From IMG/VR virus record IMGVR_UViG_3300028886_000031, positions 32,001 to 96,000 of that record: 64,000 nucleotides of DNA; one strand, 5' to 3'. Made by a program: the position numbers and the translations under genes. The notes beneath the pieces were generated by a model that saw nothing but the letters and a program-made list of their open reading frames with translations, made no database searches and was not told where the DNA came from. This document shows, in pieces, positions 58,924 through 64,000 of this stretch (positions are counted from its first letter, which is position 1; each line of letters begins with the position of its first letter). Origin of the DNA: a virus. Taxonomy: Duplodnaviria; Heunggongvirae; Uroviricota; Caudoviricetes.

Positions 58924-59754
58924 ATGAACGAAGAAATGACGAATGAGATTCAAAATATGATTAATGTATCTGAAAATGATGAAGTTCAGAACGAACAAGA
59001 AAATGTAGTCAATGAGATAACTGAGACCGTTACGATGGGAAATATAGCTCCACAGGAAGTTGAAACAGAAGTTCCTGCTGTGGAAGAGGCTGCACCGGAA
59101 GCTGATCCTGTTGGTGATCCGACTGATGAGGCTGCACCGGAAGCTGATCCTGTTGTCGATCCGACTGTTCTTGTCGAGTCTGATTGTGTAACTGTATCAG
59201 ATGTTATTCTTCAAAATGTAGATAAACATATTAAGATGACTCTTTTGAATGATCTCGTTCACGCAAATTCTGCTGATGCTGACGTTTCCAATTACATTGT
59301 ATATGTGAACACAGATAAGAAGATTCCGTGCATTTACGATTGTCAGAAATTGATTGTTCCGAAGGCATCTGTTCAGAATGCTGATGGAACCTGGAACATC
59401 ACGTCGATTGAAGGACGTCGTTCTGGTTTTGTGATTAAGTGTCCGGGACGTGACCTTGTTATGTCCAAGAACTTCATCTACGATATCATTTTCAATGAAT
59501 CTGGAAATATCGTCAGCATTAGCGAATATAATCGCAAGCATGCAAACAACAATGTAGTTGTAGAAGTTCCGCCTTCTTTGGATTATGATGTTGTTTCCTT
59601 CTGCATCTCTAGCGTACTTCCGAAGATTGTGAAATGTGGAAAGTATAAGACGATACCTGAGCTTTACGAGCAGGTTAAGAATAGCTACAACAATGTAGAC
59701 GATATCAATGCAATGTTTAAAATTGCAGAACTTCGTTTGAAGATCGGTTGCTAA
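58924..59754 (+). CDS. Hypothetical protein with acidic repetitive N-terminus
   Basis: AAGGAG RBS before MNEEMT. Confidence 0.65.
   Translation: MNEEMTNEIQNMINVSENDEVQNEQENVVNEITETVTMGNIAPQEVETEVPAVEEAAPEADPVGDPTDEAAPEADPVVDPTVLVESDCVTVSDVILQNVDKHIKMTLLNDLVHANSADADVSNYIVYVNTDKKIPCIYDCQKLIVPKASVQNADGTWNITSIEGRRSGFVIKCPGRDLVMSKNFIYDIIFNESGNIVSISEYNRKHANNNVVVEVPPSLDYDVVSFCISSVLPKIVKCGKYKTIPELYEQVKNSYNNVDDINAMFKIAELRLKIGC
59086..59167 (+). repeat. Tandem 42-bp duplication (EAAPEADPVxDPT twice)
   Basis: gaggctgcaccggaagctgatcctgttgNNgatccgactg at 59086 and 59128. Confidence 0.9.
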
Positions 59755-59761
59755 TCAGATA

Positions 59762-59856
59762 AGAGTTGATCCGTAATTGAAGCATTTATTTCATGATGCT
59801 GTGAGTGAAAAAGGTATTAACCTTTCGTTACGTGATCAGATACTCAAAAAAACTCT
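59762..59856 (+). ncRNA. Candidate structured RNA (three-way junction) in the intergenic region
   Basis: TGATC-CGTAA/TTACG-t-GATCA encloses AGCAT/ATGCT and AAAGGT/ACCTTT hairpins. Confidence 0.35.
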
Positions 59857-59871
59857 CAGAAATTTAAATTA

Positions 59872-60606
59872 ATGATTAATCAAAAATGTCCACTTGTTCT
59901 GCATGATTTATATTATTATGATATAGTTAGTGCTTTTCCAACAATCATGCAGAACCAGAATTTTAATTTTGGAAATATTGATTTAACAAACAAACAAGAA
60001 AGAAATACTTTTATCGGTAAACAACAGATAAAGAACAAAAATTTATCTGGTTATTTAAATGATTCTGTTAAATATCTGACAGATTTTTATTTGCAATATA
60101 ATGAGATAGATGATGAGGACGTTATCTTTAGACAAAAAGATGGATTTATCTTAAAGACACTACTTCCTAAAAATAATCTATATATAGAAATGTCTCTTAG
60201 ACATACACTTCCACTTTTGTATATAGATACGAAACGAGAAGGCATGTTATACTTCGATGAGACAGATGAACTATATGTTAAGGGGGTTAGATATTATTAT
60301 GAGAAATTGGATGAGATATATTCAAAGTTTCTTAATTTAGATTTTTATGATACACGGACTTTGTGTATTCAACTACAAGATATAAAAGATAGTGTTGTTA
60401 ATAGTAATGATAAGCTTCTGTTCGGTATAAATGGGGATGATGTTCAATATACATTTATATTAAAGAATGGAAAGAAAGTACGTACCTATGATCCAGACTT
60501 TGTAGAGTTGGACGAGATAGATAAATATAGATATTTTAACCATTATTTTAAACCATTCACTGATTCTGTTTTTATAGAAGGGATTATCAATGGAAAAACA
60601 AACTAA
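59872..60606 (+). CDS. Minimal family-B DNA polymerase-like protein (palm only)
   Basis: YYDIVSAFPTI (motif A-like), RQKDGFI (motif C-like), YVKG and ID...YF..Y..PF. Confidence 0.5.
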   Translation: MINQKCPLVLHDLYYYDIVSAFPTIMQNQNFNFGNIDLTNKQERNTFIGKQQIKNKNLSGYLNDSVKYLTDFYLQYNEIDDEDVIFRQKDGFILKTLLPKNNLYIEMSLRHTLPLLYIDTKREGMLYFDETDELYVKGVRYYYEKLDEIYSKFLNLDFYDTRTLCIQLQDIKDSVVNSNDKLLFGINGDDVQYTFILKNGKKVRTYDPDFVELDEIDKYRYFNHYFKPFTDSVFIEGIINGKTN

Positions 60607-61048
60607 AGAATATATTTTTGATTGGGTTGTTGGTTTTGAAAATGAAGCCCTGGAACATATGAGGGAAGAAGTTATAAAGACAGCTGAGTTTAACTTCGGA
60701 CCAGTTGGAAGGGATGTTGCTGAGAAGTATTATAGAGCAATTGATGGGGAAGAAGATTTCGATTCCGAGTCTATAGATGAGGAATGTGACGATTGTAAAA
60801 AACGGGCACAAAAGATTGCCAAGAATATGCAACTTATTCAGTATATAAGCGCTATTCTTCTAAAGGATTCTTTAGATCAAGCTGTTCAGGATTCTGATTG
60901 TAATGAACTCTTGGACTGTGTTAATAAGAAAACTCATGAGATTTTTAATAAGACATGTTTTGATCTTGATCCAACTGAATTGAAGTTTAAACTACTTCTA
61001 AACGCTTGCCGGAGGTTACAGCCAAATGAATGTAACGGAACTGAATGA
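60590..61048 (+). CDS. Hypothetical protein
   Basis: Coupled ORF; CDDC motif. Confidence 0.55.
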   Translation: MEKQTKEYIFDWVVGFENEALEHMREEVIKTAEFNFGPVGRDVAEKYYRAIDGEEDFDSESIDEECDDCKKRAQKIAKNMQLIQYISAILLKDSLDQAVQDSDCNELLDCVNKKTHEIFNKTCFDLDPTELKFKLLLNACRRLQPNECNGTE

Positions 61049-61712
61049 AAATTTAGAAAATGATACACGGATTATAGTTAAGAAATCTACAGATAGATTG
61101 AATTATTCAACAATATCCGATTATCTAGATGACTTTATACATACAGAGTATAAGAAATCTCTATCTGAACAAGATTGTTTAGACAGATTTAGACGGACAA
61201 TATTATTGTGCTGCAATACATTAAGAACTGTTAAATATGGTGAAATTATAGCCAGAACACTTAAGAACATGATTCGTATATATGTGAATTACGATAAGTT
61301 TGAATTGATAGATGTAGAGTATAGTCCTTTAAATTTCTGGTTCTATAAGTCTCATATATCACGTGTAGAAGATGGTGTACAGCATATTGTTCTAATAGAT
61401 AACGTAGAGTACGTTTGCTATAGAACATGTGTAGATAAAAAGGTAACACCGGATAAATGTTCTATCTTTGATATCGGTTCTTTTATTATAGATTTTAAAT
61501 TAAACAATGAGATAAAACATTGTGTATTTACATTCAAGATAACAAGAAATAGTGGACATAGAACAGTTATGCCAGATATAAAAAATATAACAGAGGATAC
61601 TTATCAAAAATTTATAGAATCTAGAGATAAGCTTGTTTCTGAGAATCCATATTTACGGAATAGTCAGTATTCAGATTATGACGATAGTTTATTAACCATA
61701 TTAGCCGTTTAA
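61026..61712 (+). CDS. Hypothetical protein
   Basis: GGAGG RBS. Confidence 0.55.
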   Translation: MNVTELNENLENDTRIIVKKSTDRLNYSTISDYLDDFIHTEYKKSLSEQDCLDRFRRTILLCCNTLRTVKYGEIIARTLKNMIRIYVNYDKFELIDVEYSPLNFWFYKSHISRVEDGVQHIVLIDNVEYVCYRTCVDKKVTPDKCSIFDIGSFIIDFKLNNEIKHCVFTFKITRNSGHRTVMPDIKNITEDTYQKFIESRDKLVSENPYLRNSQYSDYDDSLLTILAV

Positions 61713-61726
61713 AGGAGTAACAAACA

Positions 61727-62854
61727 ATGAAAAACAATGCTATAAAGTACCAGGATGTAATAGATGGAAGTAGAAGCTATAAACAGATTCTAGGTATACA
61801 AAAAGATACGAAAGAGTTCCTTCCGTATCATACTAAGAGGTTTATAGATTTTGTAAAAGAGGAATATCCAGAAAAACTAAATTCAAGTAATCTAGATATG
61901 TCTACTCTACTTATGATTTTAAGATATAGGAATTGTGATATTTCTATTCCTTATTATAAATCAACAACTGTTACAAGAGTAAACAAAAATGAGATAGTAA
62001 CAGATTCTGAAAGAAAAGGAAAAATATTATCACTTGTAAGCAACAAAGATACATTTAAGTTTAGTGTATTAATTGCTGATGAAAGTTATTCAGAGAAGAA
62101 ATTTGATGGAACAATGACCAATTTCGTTCCAAAGAATTATTCTATTACTGGCGTAGATGGAAACTTTCACGAAAATTGGTCAGAGTTTAAATTTGATATA
62201 AATAATAAGGAAAAAGATTATTTTTCTGATATATTGGATAATTCTACAATACATTGCAAGAAGTTTGTTAATCCTCAGTTAGCACAGGCGTTCTATTCTG
62301 AGTATTATAGAATACTTAAGACGTTAGATGATCGTCTTGATGCTGAAAGAAAATATATAACTAATATAAAGCAGACATACATACCAAAATGCAAAACATT
62401 GCCTAATTCTGAGTTCACAAACGCTGATACATCTAAAAAAGTAGTAGACGAAAGTGCCAAGCAGTTCGAGTCCGTTAAGACGCTGTGTTTTGAGACAAAA
62501 ATATCCAACCTCCCGGAACACTATAATTTTAACTATATTGTTGTAAATAATAGAACTCCAGAGCAAATTGTTTCCGAATGTGAAGATTTATTAGATGGAT
62601 TACTTGGTGTTAAAGGTGAGATTCGTTTCCTTTATAGATTAATAGAATGTGCCTTCTCTAAAGTTAATCCATACAAAGAAGATATGAAACCTTCAGATTT
62701 TCAGAAATATAATAGATGTGATTGTAAGTGGAATGAACAAACAGTAAGATTACCAAAAGGGAGAATCGATTGGTTCGAACTTATGTTTAAGGATTACAGT
62801 ATCTTAGTGAGGTACTATTATAAATCAATACAACAAAGAATAAACAAGGAATAA
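61727..62854 (+). CDS. Hypothetical phage protein
   Basis: AAAGGAG RBS; 375 aa. Confidence 0.65.
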   Translation: MKNNAIKYQDVIDGSRSYKQILGIQKDTKEFLPYHTKRFIDFVKEEYPEKLNSSNLDMSTLLMILRYRNCDISIPYYKSTTVTRVNKNEIVTDSERKGKILSLVSNKDTFKFSVLIADESYSEKKFDGTMTNFVPKNYSITGVDGNFHENWSEFKFDINNKEKDYFSDILDNSTIHCKKFVNPQLAQAFYSEYYRILKTLDDRLDAERKYITNIKQTYIPKCKTLPNSEFTNADTSKKVVDESAKQFESVKTLCFETKISNLPEHYNFNYIVVNNRTPEQIVSECEDLLDGLLGVKGEIRFLYRLIECAFSKVNPYKEDMKPSDFQKYNRCDCKWNEQTVRLPKGRIDWFELMFKDYSILVRYYYKSIQQRINKE

Positions 62855-62860
62855 TAATAA

Positions 62861-63040
62861 ATGTCAGATAAATGGAGATTTGATCCAAATCGTGACTATA
62901 CAGCCGACGAAGAGGATTATGGAAATAGACGTGGGAATTTCCAGCGTTTCAAAAATAGAAATAAAAAGAAACGCTCCCGTTTCAATGATAATAATTCTGA
63001 TGATGAGGATACAAGAGGAAAGCGTAATAGCTGGAGGTAA
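62861..63040 (+). CDS. 59-aa highly charged protein (absent from the ORF track)
   Basis: MSDKWRFDPNRDYTADEEDYGNRRGNFQRFKNRNKKKRSRFNDNNSDDEDTRGKRNSWR; fills the gap exactly; AAGGA upstream. Confidence 0.6.
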   Translation: MSDKWRFDPNRDYTADEEDYGNRRGNFQRFKNRNKKKRSRFNDNNSDDEDTRGKRNSWR

Positions 63041-63043
63041 TTA

Positions 63044-64000
63044 ATGGCAGATCCAATTCTAAAGAGATTAGATGAATTAATATCTAGCCTTAATAGTACA
63101 AATGCCACAAACCAAAAGATTTTATTACTTAAAGAATATTCCGATTGCCAAAAAATTCTATCTTATACATATGATACAATTAAGTATCAATATGGTGTAA
63201 CATCAGATAGTATTTTAAACATAGGTTCGACATTGGATTTGTCTGATGCCGTAGAGTATGTAGATTTAGAACATCTCTTGATTGCGTTATCGAACAGAAC
63301 ATTAACTGGTCATAACGCAATCAAGGCATGTATGAAATTTATACAACAAAATGATTCCTATAGAAACTTAATTCTTAAAGTTATAGATAGAAATCTTGAG
63401 ATACGAATTGGATCTCAGATTATTAATAAAATTTTTCCTGGTTGCATTAGTGAGTTTAGTGTAGCGTTAGCTAACTCACTTAGTGATTATGATCCAAACA
63501 GAACTAAAATAGATTTTACAAAAGACGAGTATATTGTAGAACGCAAACTTGATGGCGTTCGTACAATAGCCATTATAGATAAAGATGGGAATATTACATT
63601 TAAATCTAGAAATGGTAAGATTTATAATACACTCGGTGTTATTGAAGATCAACTTAAATCTTTAAAACTTCATAATGTAGTTTTAGATGGTGAGTGCTGT
63701 TTATTGAATTCTGATGGTACGGATGACTTTCAAGGTATGATGAAAGAAATTCGTAGAAAAGACCATACGATTCAAAATGCAGCATACCGTTGTTTTGACA
63801 TAATACCTTTAGATAAATTCTATGCTAAAGCAGATGATACTCGGTATTCGTTTAGATATAATTGCTTACAAAGTGTACTTGGCAAAAATCTTCCTAATGT
63901 TGGATATGTAGACGCTTGGATGGTTAAATCATGGAAAGATGTAGATCAGTTACAAAAAATGGCTATTCAAAATAATTGGGAAGGTTTAATGCTTAGAAAA
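63044..64000 (+). CDS. lig: ATP-dependent DNA ligase, 3'-truncated (absent from the ORF track)
   Basis: GGAGG RBS; in-frame ERKLDGVR (motif I), SRNG, VLDGE, CFDI, WEGLMLRK. Confidence 0.9.
   Translation, partial: MADPILKRLDELISSLNSTNATNQKILLLKEYSDCQKILSYTYDTIKYQYGVTSDSILNIGSTLDLSDAVEYVDLEHLLIALSNRTLTGHNAIKACMKFIQQNDSYRNLILKVIDRNLEIRIGSQIINKIFPGCISEFSVALANSLSDYDPNRTKIDFTKDEYIVERKLDGVRTIAIIDKDGNITFKSRNGKIYNTLGVIEDQLKSLKLHNVVLDGECCLLNSDGTDDFQGMMKEIRRKDHTIQNAAYRCFDIIPLDKFYAKADDTRYSFRYNCLQSVLGKNLPNVGYVDAWMVKSWKDVDQLQKMAIQNNWEGLMLRK

Noticed and set aside
59790-59830. Hammerhead ribozyme in the intergenic structure
   Set aside because: CTGTGAG...GAAA does not match the CUGANGA core with a stem II between the elements
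1-64000. Alternative genetic code (stop-codon reassignment)
   Set aside because: Standard code gives full-length RNAP, topoisomerase and SbcC ORFs with dense packing; TAG and TGA serve as real stops followed by RBS/start pairs

Overview
AT-rich, densely coded window, almost entirely on the + strand, from a large ('jumbo') tailed dsDNA phage genome. Standard genetic code; no rRNA, tRNA or CRISPR array was recognised. About 1-25 kb is a virion/late module: gp53-like baseplate wedge, a 1801-aa Gp5/VgrG-like spike, amidase, GT25, probable head-internal proteins, and a first beta'+beta RNA polymerase pair (probably virion-packaged). About 25-64 kb is a replication/metabolism module: SSB-like protein, separated type II topoisomerase B and A subunits, a two-gene type IIG-like R-M system, QueD and FolE, SF2 helicase, SbcD/SbcC, a second beta'+beta RNA polymerase pair, a minimal PolB-like protein and an ATP-dependent DNA ligase truncated by the window end. 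The most striking feature is a contiguous candidate phage-encoded ubiquitin-like conjugation operon at about 42.2-46.6 kb: winged-helix/Ubl fusion ending in NKAA, large protein with an E2-like HPN..C motif, small ORF, ThiF/E1 and JAB protease. It is preceded by a papain-like protease and a DUF2786 gene and followed by sbcD. All assignments come from motif recognition by eye; no database searches were run.
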